Assembly: GCA_010405405.1 (NCBI GenBank)
Contig: MU004240.1
Location: 386,316 to 450,315 of the forward strand
From: Microthyrium microscopicum
Taxonomy: Eukaryota
Direction of reading: 5' to 3'
DNA length: 64,000 nucleotides
Part shown: piece by piece, positions 13,086 through 23,940 of the stretch
Numbering within the stretch: the stretch's first letter is position 1
How the letters are laid out: each line of letters starts with the position of its first letter
The notes under the pieces: generated by a model
Seen by the model: only the letters and a program-made list of their open reading frames with translations
What the model was told of the DNA's origin: nothing
The model's database searches: none
Translations under genes and position numbers: made by a program

Positions 13086-14171
13086 ATTGGGATGATGTCG
13101 TGTCGAAATTTGATAGAAGTGGGGTTATCTCAAGTCGCTGTATGAAATGCCAGAGGCTTTTGAATGCTTTGTGTGAGGTTTTTGGACTGGAACTAGGGTG
13201 TAGGAAGTGATTTCGCAGGTTGTTATTATAGGTTTGAAAGGTTCGTGAAGAAGCAAGTTGATTAAGTGCTGTCCATTGTCGTCTGTCGTCACAGTAAAGT
13301 TGGGAAGCGCATGCAAGTGTGGCGCAGGTTCAGATGATTTCCAGTTGCCCAGAGGCGACATACGTCATGTTGAAATCTGCAATGCACGAAAGTTGGTTGT
13401 TTGCATAGGTTTTTGGCTAAGCTTGTTTCAGATCTGACATTTGGAAGATATATCTATGAGGATTAAGATTTCATTGAGCATGGCCCTCACTTTTGGCAGC
13501 GTTATGAAATTCAGCCTTACGCTTGCTGTGAGCCTTATGGAAACCAGCTTCACGCAATAGCCTAGGAGTCAAGATCCGATCTCAATTAACACAAGTTCAT
13601 GGATTCAATGCATATGTATGACAATTATGAATTATACTTCCCTTGCCTGGCGAAGTTCATGCTAGATGAGGGTACCTTTTGCCAATCCTGGGGTACTGGT
13701 ATGTGCATTGCTTAACGCCCGAACTATGAAGTAAGATGGTCGGCCTGAGAGGCAGAAAGATCATATCTCCAAGTTTCTCGCTGCATCAACTCATTCGATT
13801 CTGCAGAGTGAGCTTGTTCCATAGGAATTGCGCTTAGCTCATGGTGGTGGCTTTGGCTAGACAGCGCACCGGATATGGAGACCACAGGTGAATAAAAGCT
13901 GTTTCCGCCTTTATGGTAGAGCGGTCTCTTGGACTTGTGATACCTGCGCAATCATTTTGAGCTTTCATGGTGCCAAGACTGTTGTAGGTCGCAGGATGCC
14001 AATGTTGTGCTCAACCGCCAAAGAGTTCGTGTCTAGAGGTACCCGTCCTAGGACAGCGCATGTCTAGAGACGCCAGCCTGCAACTCTAAGAACAATTCCA
14101 TTAAGTATGACAGGCACGTCAAAATGTTCGAATGGGAAGTCGGCATTGTCAGCCGAATGGGAGCGAGGCAT

Positions 14172-14945
14172 TCACACATCTCTAATTATAGTTGGCGTCC
14201 AGTATTCCTTTTCGTCGCCTTGCGTATCTACCCAGACCAGTGATTCAGCAACAAGATCGTCCATCACAGCTAAAGCGCGAGCCTTTTCCCAGTTCAGGTT
14301 GATCCGTAACATGGAGATGGTGACGTATCCAAGGACTTGTATAGCCTCTAAAACCGTGGACTGGTCAATGTTGAGTTCTCGAGGTACGGATCGTATCATC
14401 GGGACTGATCCCAGCATTAAAATGGTAAATCCAGATCCAAGAGGTTCCAGACTTTCCACAGCCCGTTTGATATCATCTTCGGATACTTCAATTTCTCCCC
14501 CAAGCTCACCCCGACCTTTCTGAACTCTAGTACGAACCTCCTCGACGGGAATCATACCACCGTTTTCAGCTCTGGTTGACCGACAGACTTGAACGATACG
14601 AACGGCTAGTCCGAAATAAAAGTCGTTTACGCTTTCCCCAAGCATTTGCGCCCATACACTCCCGCCTGATGTCTTGGACGAGCCCTCCTTGCGATGCGAC
14701 GATGCTAACGGATCCACGCCAATGGCATTGCACATCCTTGCAAACTCCGCTCGGAACTGGGGATTCTTTCGGATCTCTTTTCCATGGGTAATACTGAACT
14801 GATGGAGGAGTTGCTGGAAGACGGACAGTTGAGTCTTCAAGGAGTTGAGGTGATTTTCTCGCAGGTTTGTGCCATGATTTGTATAAGCTGCAGACAAGGC
14901 GGATGCCGGAAGGCCTGAAAGTCCTGGCGCTCTCCTCCCAGCCAT
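14172..14945 (-). CDS. SNF8: ESCRT-II subunit Vps22/Snf8 (EAP30 domain)
   Basis: FRAEFARMCNAIGVDPLAS, DFYFGLAVRIVQVC, RSVPRELNIDQ, WVDTQ...EYW. Confidence 0.93.
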   Translation of the reverse strand: MAGRRAPGLSGLPASALSAAYTNHGTNLRENHLNSLKTQLSVFQQLLHQFSITHGKEIRKNPQFRAEFARMCNAIGVDPLASSHRKEGSSKTSGGSVWAQMLGESVNDFYFGLAVRIVQVCRSTRAENGGMIPVEEVRTRVQKGRGELGGEIEVSEDDIKRAVESLEPLGSGFTILMLGSVPMIRSVPRELNIDQSTVLEAIQVLGYVTISMLRINLNWEKARALAVMDDLVAESLVWVDTQGDEKEYWTPTIIRDV

Positions 14946-15179
14946 GATCACTGCACGATATGTCAAGTGGAAGTTCAGAATGTAACGCGAAGTTGGGATC
15001 TGAGCTAAGTTAGGCCGGCGCGCTTAACGCGCCTAATTGTCAGCCACGGGCTCGGAATAACCATAGGCCGCCCTTGCCAATTTCGCACTCCACCACTTTT
15101 TTCAGCCTCTGCAAATTCTCAACTCCAAGTCTCCAACCACCTTCTACATCTCCGCCGTCCATCGCATTCCACAATCACA

Positions 15180-16586
15180 ATGGCACCAAAGAAAGCTGGA
15201 AAAGATGCAAGCACTAGCAAATCGTACGTTTATACCGTTGTCCGAAACTGATACTTGAGCAGAGAATGTGGAATAGTCGTGCAAACCTGCTGGAGGGGCT
15301 GCAATCCAGCACCCAGCTCGACAAATCCTGAACCTCAATCCTCTTGTTTACGATTTCAGCTTGCCTGGCTCGCATCATGAGAATATGAGGTCGGGGCGTT
15401 GGGGTTGAAGATTTACTTCTCCCTTAAAATCTTTTGCCAGATGATTGACTTCATGGGACTCGAAGTTCCTTGTCACCTTCTGTGCACCATCTCTCGATAT
15501 AATGGTTGGAAGCGAATGGGTACATGGCAGCCATGACATTGCTACCTCATTCCTTTGGCCGTTTTCGATGATTTCGAGTGTATCTCCGGTCAGAATGCCG
15601 CACATGCTGCAATTCTCTCCTCGAGTACCATCTTCAAACCTTGACTATTCTAACATTCTCTTCCTTGTCATAGTAGCGTGCCAACCAAGAATGACATTCT
15701 CGTGCCGGAGACTGTCTTGAAGAAGCGCAAATCTCAAGAGAAAGAGCGCGAGCTTCGTGCAGCAGACTTGAAGAAGAAGCGCGATGTAAGTCTCCCCGAT
15801 CCCTTCCCTTACTTTTTGTGATGATATCCTACCCAAATTACGGCTAGGTTCGCCGATGCTGCTGAATTTATATCATCTTTCGGGTCTGAAAAAGTGTTGG
15901 AAATTCATTTGCTCTTGTTCAGTATGGCATGTTCAAAGTGCTAACATTGGCATTCACAGGCCAACAAGAAGAAGCGCGAGACCATTTTCAAGCGTGCCGA
16001 GTCATACGTCAAGGAATACCGTGATGCGGAGCGCGAGAAGATCAGACTGAGACGTGCTGCCAAGGAAGATGGATCCCTCTATGTTCCAGAGGAGCCCAAA
16101 ATCGTCTTCGTTATCCGAATCAAGGGTATCAACAAGATCGACCCAAAGAAACGCAAGACCCTTCAACTTCTTCGTCTTCTCCAGATCAACAATGGTGTCT
16201 TCGTTCGTCTTACCAAGGCCACCATCGAGATGTTGAAGATCGTCGAGTCTTTCGTTGCCTACGGATATCCCAACTTGAAGTCTACCCGTGAGCTCATCTA
16301 CAAGCGTGGATATGGAAAGATTAACAAGCAGCGCATTCCTCTTACCGACAATGCCATCATCGAGGCTGAGCTCGGAAAATACGGCATTGTGTGCATGGAA
16401 GATATCATCCACGAGATCTTCACCGTTGGACCCAACTTCAAGCAGGTCAACAACTTCCTCTGGCCATTCAAGCTTTCCAACCCTACCGGCGGTTTCCACA
16501 CCCGCAAGTTCAAGCACTTCATCGAGGGTGGTGATCTCGGTAACCGTGAGGACCACATCAATGCTCTCATCAAGCAGATGAACTAG
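15180..16586 (+). CDS. RPL7: 60S ribosomal protein L7 (uL30) (exons 15180-15223, 15674-15785, 15960-16586)
   Basis: [58 protein letters not shown]; strong codon bias. Confidence 0.97.
15811..15895 (+). ncRNA. Intronic box C/D snoRNA in RPL7 intron 2; guide for the 25S rRNA Gm805-equivalent site (snR39b/SNORD2-like)
   Basis: C box GTGATGA 15818-24, D box CTGA 15886-89, terminal stem acttt(tt)/aaaagt. Guide TCATCTTTCGGGT is complementary to the conserved LSU rRNA sequence ACCCGAAAGAUGG; the 5th nt upstream of the D box pairs with the G of CCCGAAAG. Confidence 0.9.
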
Positions 16587-19500
16587 ATATCTCCTAGTCA
16601 TTCATTGCAACATCGTCGGCGTTTGGTAGCGTGGGTTGGTACAAAATCTTTTGGGCTAATTGCCCTTTCAATGCATGCGGGATACCCCCGTCTCGAGTCA
16701 TGAACTACTCGAGAAATGAAAATGATACCATTCTACTGCTTCCTCCATATTCCTGGTGACTTGCTTTTTGATCTTCCACGTATGAGGTACTGAACTTGCT
16801 GTGCAAGCTTTTATCAGCTTCTTCTGTCCAGTGTAACGCCGAAACTGGTCATATCACTTTCAACTTCGTGTTTCCGTGAGCATCAACGATGACTGAGCTA
16901 AGTCGTGAACATTGAACTCTCCGAGGACGGTACATCACTATACGCATCGGCAGTCAGAAGTCTTCCTGCAAAAGGACTCGTTCGATCTGGAGGATTTACC
17001 CGTGCTCCTTTACGTTCATCCTATATCAGTGACTTTCAGTGAAATCAGGGTCCAATGAACGTCATACGATTTACCAAAACCAGCTGTCAGTCTTACGCTC
17101 GCTGAGTTGGCATTTTGATCGTCACGGACCAGGGGCCACGGCATCAGAAGAACGCAATTAGTTCTTTGGTGAGACATGACCGCCGATATCACTGCTCAAC
17201 GCTGGCATGATTCAAACATGTTGATGCTGCCTTCAGTGTTGTCCGAACAAAAAATCGAGTTATCACCAGCATCAAAACGAAATGACTTAAGAGTATTCTC
17301 AAATTACGATCGTTGCCATATCATTTAATCTTACAATCACCAGATTTCCGTACCGTAAAGGCGATATTGTGATACCGCGTCGGTCCTACTACATACGAGC
17401 AAAGTAAGCAATGTGACCACCGCAATGTCATCGTTGACGAGTTGCCAATTTCACCGCAATGTCATGCCCTGGCTTTGAAGATGCCTCGTGCTTGTACAAA
17501 TCTTGGAAAGAAAAAAAGTCTACCACAGGGCACGTTTAGCACGCGTGCCCTTTCGCGAGTATCCAACGCGGCACACGAAAGCGAATATCGGCCCATCTAA
17601 ACAGCCAACTGGCTACCCGGACGCTTCTCCCGTCTCCGGGGAGAAGGATGATGGCCTGGTGTATAGCTGGGCAGGCATAGATCATAGGTGCCTGTTTCGA
17701 AGAGAATGGCTATACAGTCAACCACGTGTGGCGAGAGGCTCTGCTGCTCGCTAACTGCTAAGGAGGACGGGTCTCTTCCTGTTTCGGATTCATAAGATGT
17801 GTTGTATAGCCGCGTCGATGGGTAGAATCTTGAAGAGGACAAGCCCTTAATCTGGCCACGAGTGCGGAGTGGTTGATTGCGTAAATAGCTTTTTTGGCTA
17901 GATCTTGGGGTCAACTGGGGTTTTAAAGGAGCCTTAATTTCCCACCCGAGGAGTTGGTCATTTGAGCACCTTGGAGAGGCAACTTTATCGTTGGGAAATG
18001 GGTACCTGTCTTGGGCTCGAGTAGATGAGATATTCATCAGGCTCAGATGAGATACCTTTAGTGGTCAAGTGCCGAGATTCAGTGTTCGTACCTTTGATGA
18101 TCTTCTGTAATCAAGCATGATTCTGTGGTTAGATGCTTAAACGTGGGTTAGATTTTTGATACCGCATGGCACGTCAAGATGGGATGACCTGGTCATTGTC
18201 GTTCGGGGCTGTCGCCCGAGTCAAAGATGCATCCTGTCACAGGGTCCACGTGTAAGAGCTTGCTAAGGATTTCTTGTCTTGAGGGTACTCCACACGTGGG
18301 AATGGCAAGGACACCGTGGTTGGAGTCGTACCAACAGCTCCACATCACTGCAATATTTTCAAGCGTTTGTGGGTATCTCGGGACTGTAAATATCAACATG
18401 ATACTTGTGCGTATGAAGAATTGCCGCTAAGAAGTACAGCGAAGAAAAAGGACAGCAGCATTTTGTAAATTGAGCAATCAGTCTGAGCAAATGGACCGCA
18501 GAAATGTCCTAGCTGCGGGATTATTGCAATGTTGGCATGGTTTGTACTGTAGTGGGCAATATTATCCAGTGGTTCGCAAGGTTTTGATGCAAAACGCAAA
18601 ACTAGTTTCTGCATAGCATTTATCAGCGTGGATGGGAAAGGGACGCCGTGTTTGTTCTCTCCTCGGTAGTTACACGGTCCGTCTTATTTTCAATGTCACA
18701 GGTTTAAGACCGTACCAAAAGCAGACAAGGTCTCCTCCGTAAATGGCCGGGGTTTGATCATGTTGTAAGCTTTTGCATCGGGGTCGTTGTGAGTGCAGAA
18801 GAAGCTGATGACGCTGTTAATTTGTGGTGGATAGCGAAGGGTTTTCTCGTCTATATCCAATGTATTATCCTCTATTGCCGATGGTATCCGAAATCGTGGG
18901 AACCTATCGATCAGCAAACGATATCGGGCATCTTTAACGAACTTCTTGAAAATTTGGTTTTCAAATGAGAAAGTACGGTAGGTGTTTCTCATAAGTTCAA
19001 CGTTGGTAGTAGCAACTTGAAGTGATGAGTACCAACCTTCATCAACCAGAGGTTTGGTTAGTGAAATAATATTGAAACATAGACTTCACTATTTTCCTAT
19101 GTTTGGTGATAATTTGGCCAGTGGTCGCTTGAAGTTGCCGGCGGTGAGTGAATCCTTGATCTAGCCCTAAGTGGAAATGGTGTTACCAAAGTCATTCTCA
19201 TCCTCATGTAAAGAAAGGTCAGCTCGCATGATAGTATGGGGACTGTGCTCACATGGAGCGGTTGGTAAGCTAAATATACTTTAGATCTTCAAAACACATG
19301 TTATGGTACTCAGTAACAGCAAACCTCCAAGATGGAAAGGATGGCGTTTACCAAAGTCTTCGACCACGAAGGCAGCAATTTGCATATGAAGGTGGTACCA
19401 ACACCCAATAATGCCAGTCAAAAGTGACGTGTCGGTGTAGGCATCAATAATTCAGTTATCAGTGGAAGTACACTTGTCGAATTGAACCAGATCGAGGTTA

Positions 19501-22296
19501 CAATCAACAAAGCTGACATGCCAAGCTCAGTAGAACAAGTTTTGCCTAGTTTTATATAAATATTACGCAGCACAATAAGAGACTAGCGCTGGCTAGAACT
19601 GCGCGGTCAAAGACTGCAGGGCCGGCTGGACTTTGTTCATCAATATTTGAAGCATGACTGGCCCAAACGAGGAGGCCTGGTATCAAACTTCCCGCTTCTG
19701 CCAACCTTTTATGATTTGCCCCAAGATTCAAGTGTTGCGGAAGTCGGGACAGTCTATACAAATAGATGACCGGCCGGTGGAGGAGCGGAGGTAGATGCGT
19801 CCATCAAATTTGTGACTACTCAAGGGGACCTTGAACCAAACAAATCTAGGGATGTGAAAAATAGAAAGACAAGTTTGCACGGTGGTAGGATAAAAGTGCT
19901 TAAAGGACCAGTGGAGATTAACTGTTTTAGGCATGGTCTGGGCAGATTTTCACTTTGGCGGTATTTCGCCTCCCATCATCCGCGGTTTTACGCAGGCAGA
20001 CGGGCCAGGCTCCGTACAGCGTGAGTGGGCCTTTGATTCTTGCGCCTTGCTTTGTCACCTCAGTTGGTCGGTCATTTGCTGAAATGAGGTTTGTGATGCT
20101 GGTGGCCGCCGTGGCCGGACCAATCCTGCTGCTGAGTGCTGACACCACGCTCGTCTCCGATTGTTCTGCAAAGACTGCAAAGCTCAACGCTTGTGAGCTG
20201 GCGAAGCGCGGGTCTTTCTCGTCTTGAGATTTGCCAGTTGGGTAATGCTCAATAGTGGGACAAGAACCAGTTGAGGGCTGATGAGGAGTCTGAGATCATA
20301 CTCTGTACAGCGCCATCTATTCCAATAATACTCATCTGATCCATCGACATGGTAACAGTAGTTTATATGCCGGTCCTGTGTATTCCTCAAAGTGTCATAG
20401 AAGGACTGCAACACTCCCTGCCTGGTGGCCAGAAAGTCATCAAATGTCTTTGGCCAGAAGGCAGAGACCACAGGGGTTAAGGAGCGCAGGCCCGGCAGCT
20501 TGCTGCTTGCCCACCAGGAGGACCAAGGCTTGCAGGCAGTGCCAATCCAAGCTTCGGCTGTGTTGCCAGTCAGTTTCTGCACCTTCTTGTGCGGACGCAC
20601 GGCACTGGGTATGGGTCGTTTGGTTAGAGTCTTATTGAATAATTGCTACGACAGCAAGGACTGCTCATTTTTGCCTGTTTGGTTCAATCTGTGAGCGTTG
20701 GCCACCAGCGTGATTTTTATGGATAGCAGGTTGCGCGGACTCTAGGTCGCCCCCCATGCGCAGTCTATCATACCAGCGCTACAGACTCCAGAGTTACAGT
20801 TTTTTGCTTGTTGTGTGAGACTGAGAGTGCAGTTGTGGAGGTTGTTGGTTTGGGTTTGGCTTGGTGTGGTTCTTAACTTGGTTTTGCAGTTGCTTGCGGT
20901 TGGTGCGTGACTACCTTTTTTTAACCGCGAATGGCTCCGTTGTCCCTGCCGTTTTTGCCCAGCAGCCAGCAGCCAGCTCCTACCGTAGAGAGTGCTAGCC
21001 CACGGCACTTTCCCAGTCTGTCCCATCCACACCCACAAGTTACAACCCTTCCTTCCTCCAGCGTGTGGTGCTCCTTCCATCTCAATCACCCAGCACCCTC
21101 TTGCTTCCAATTCGTCATCCGCCTGCTCCGCTCCATCCCTCCATATCCTCTTCTCATTCCTTATTTTCTCTGCCCCTTCCCATACAATTTCTCTCCCGAA
21201 TCCTCGCCATACCCATCCATAATCCCGACCATCCCTCGAACCTTCTTCAAACCTGCCACGAGCCAATCTCCAAAGCAAGTCAAAGCCCTCGGCCCCTGAA
21301 GTGCACGGCCAGTGTATCAATATCACCTCTGCAAAGCCGTCGTCACTCCATACAGTCCAGCTTCACCTTGGTCGTTCCGCTCCCGACTCCTCGACACTCC
21401 ACGTCCTGATCCTTCATCTTCATCCTCATAACCTCAATCGTCTGCTTCGACAAGAAACTTCTGTCTGCCCAGTCTCTCCGATCTACTCACAGGCACTGAG
21501 TTGTTGGAAAAATTGATGGCGAAGTCTGACAAGTAACGGCTTAGCCTTGTCACTGTTCATCTGATTGCCTCCTTCATCCGACCCGGCCCCATCCGTCAAT
21601 AAGACCACTTCAAACTCAGTGGTAGCCTGGTGTTGTCGAATAAAATACCTGTTACTCGCCTTCAATCAGACAAAGTCGCCTCCCTTCACCACATTGACCA
21701 CCTGCAAGGACGCGGTGTTTTGGGTTGCTCAGGACTGGGCAACTGCTCAACCGTCTTTAGATCGATTCCACACACTCCCTGGCTTGACGGAAATTCCTTT
21801 TGCTTGCAATCGCGAATCTGCCAACCATTCATTTAGTACCGTCATTGTTCTTGCTTAACACGGAGTTGCTCTTGCACCGCTTTGCAACACCGCCTCAGCC
21901 ACAGCCTCCCTTTCTACCCTGGCTCCTTCCACAAACAGATAGGCCTGTGGAAACCTCAGAAACCGCCATCCTCCACCGCGAATTCAAGACACAACTCGAA
22001 CATCACAAAGAAACCAACCACTGAGTATTTTCACCACTGTCTCAAGCCCATCACAAGCCGCAACACACCTTTGCAAAACACCCTACTCAATCCATCACTT
22101 TACAAATTTACTGTTGCTTCTACACTCGCATGGTACAAGTCTAGATTGTTACGGTTCTTGGGTCCGTCCGGGCTCTTTTCTTTCAATTAAAGTAGGAGGA
22201 TCTAGGGAACGGTACTGCAACACTTTGCCAAACCAACCATCCCTAACCTGTTCGTAGTGCGGCAACACACGCCTCTGAAGTCATACAGAAGCAGTC

Positions 22297-23940
22297 ATGC
22301 CATCTTACTATCCAACGCCATCGCACTACCGCCTCCCTCCTACTCCACCAGAGGATAGTCTTCCTAGTTACAACTCCGCTACCATGGGTGGTTTACAACA
22401 CTCACAACATCCGTATCCGCAGCAAATGGGTGTACGTCGACAAGACGACCACTATGCTGAGCACTACGGTCATGTTTCACAACCACACCCACAGATTCCT
22501 TCCTCGATGGTCTATCAGCAACCCGCATATTACAGTGCGGCTCCGTCCATTCCCCCAAATGCGCCGTCGAATGGATTTTACCGTCCAATGATGGGACCAA
22601 TTCTTCCTCCCATTCGTTACGAGCCCTCGCATGCAGGTGTCCCGGATCATGGCCATCATAGCGCCTTGCAGACTACACGAGAACGCCAGGATCGTGCTCG
22701 ACAAGAACCAAAGGAGGAAAAGCCGGTTGGTGGCGTCTCGGCGAAATTGGATTACGAAATGGATGATATGACAGACTTTGTTTCGGACACCTCACAGGCA
22801 ATGTATGCACTCCTGAACTCTTCCATTTGCTTATCGGATATTGACATGGCTGGAAGCGTTACCCCAAATAGGTCTACTCCTCCCGGTTTTCGAAAATGGG
22901 TGCATCAGGTTTTGAGCGCCACTCGCCTTCCGTCGTCGACGATTCTATTGGCTTTTGATTATCTTTCAGAGCACATGCGAAATATTCAAACACCGTATCA
23001 GGTTGAACAGAGCGAGTCAGAGCTGCACCGCTTATTAACAACAGCACTGATACTGGGGAGCAAGTTTCTGGATGACAATACTTTCATCAACAAATCATGG
23101 GCTGAAGTCAGTGGCATTGACGTTGCTACACTCAACTACATGGAGCGATCGTGGTTGAGCGAGATTAGATTTCACCTACATCGGGATCCAAATACTCCTC
23201 ATGGCTTTCAGAGCTTCTTGCATCGCTGGAAAGCTTTTGAGACCAGCCGAGTATCTGCACGCAACTCCCATGCTAAGCCTCCAGCCATCAATACCAATCT
23301 CCCACAGGTCCCGTCACACCAGTTGTATAGCCCAGCATCCATGCCGGGTTTCGGCCAGTTGAGTCCTCGAGATGCCTTCAACAAGCATCCTCAGTCTGCA
23401 TATCCCACTCCATCTTATGCTAGGTACGATAACTACCGTGGATCAAGATCTATTGACACATCGCCACCGTCGATGCCTCATACAAGTCCTCAGACTCCAG
23501 AATACTATGGTCATCAAGCCGCTTGGGGTTCTCTCAATGCAGGTTTAGCATTTCCACGAGGGCCCATGTCGTCATATCCATCGCAAAACCAGCCCACTCA
23601 AGCTATTGCTCAACCTCCAGCTTCAGCACCCTATATGGCAATGGGATATCCAGCGCCAGCGCCAGCACCTCTCTATGCCAATTCGCACGGCCCTGAGTGT
23701 TTCTGCTTTACCTGCAATCGTCGCTACATGGTAAGAATTCCCTTGCGCAAACCTGTCTTTAGCTTTAGCGAGCGTTGACCTCTATCGAAATGCTACTCTG
23801 GTAAATTATCAGCTGTTGGTGTTTCGACGGAACATCAGCTATCGACTAGGAGTTTTGAACAACACAAACTTTGGAAGATCTTACACTAACAAATTTAGAT
23901 GGCGCCAGGCTTTGGCCAACCTCAATCGGTGGTCGGCTAA
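22297..23940 (+). CDS. CLG1: Pho85-type cyclin Clg1/Mug80-like (exon 22297-23730, intron 23731-23898, exon 23899-23940)
   Basis: GGVSAKLDYEM, FRKWVHQVLSATRLPSSTILL, LILGSKFLDDNTFINKSWAEVSGI. GTAAGA...CTAAC...TAG intron gives the C-terminus MAPGFGQPQSVVG*. Confidence 0.88.

Noticed and set aside
13724..14020. VEHNIGILRP fragment resembling a Pth11-like receptor C-terminus
   Set aside because: Too short, the expected CACLP core is missing, and no upstream TM segments were found.
16002..16601. 199-aa ORF antisense to RPL7
   Set aside because: Shadow ORF caused by the strong codon bias of the ribosomal-protein gene.
20742..21409. ORFs of 114-194 aa upstream of CLG1
   Set aside because: Low-complexity products of the C/T-rich promoter and leader; mostly non-ATG starts.
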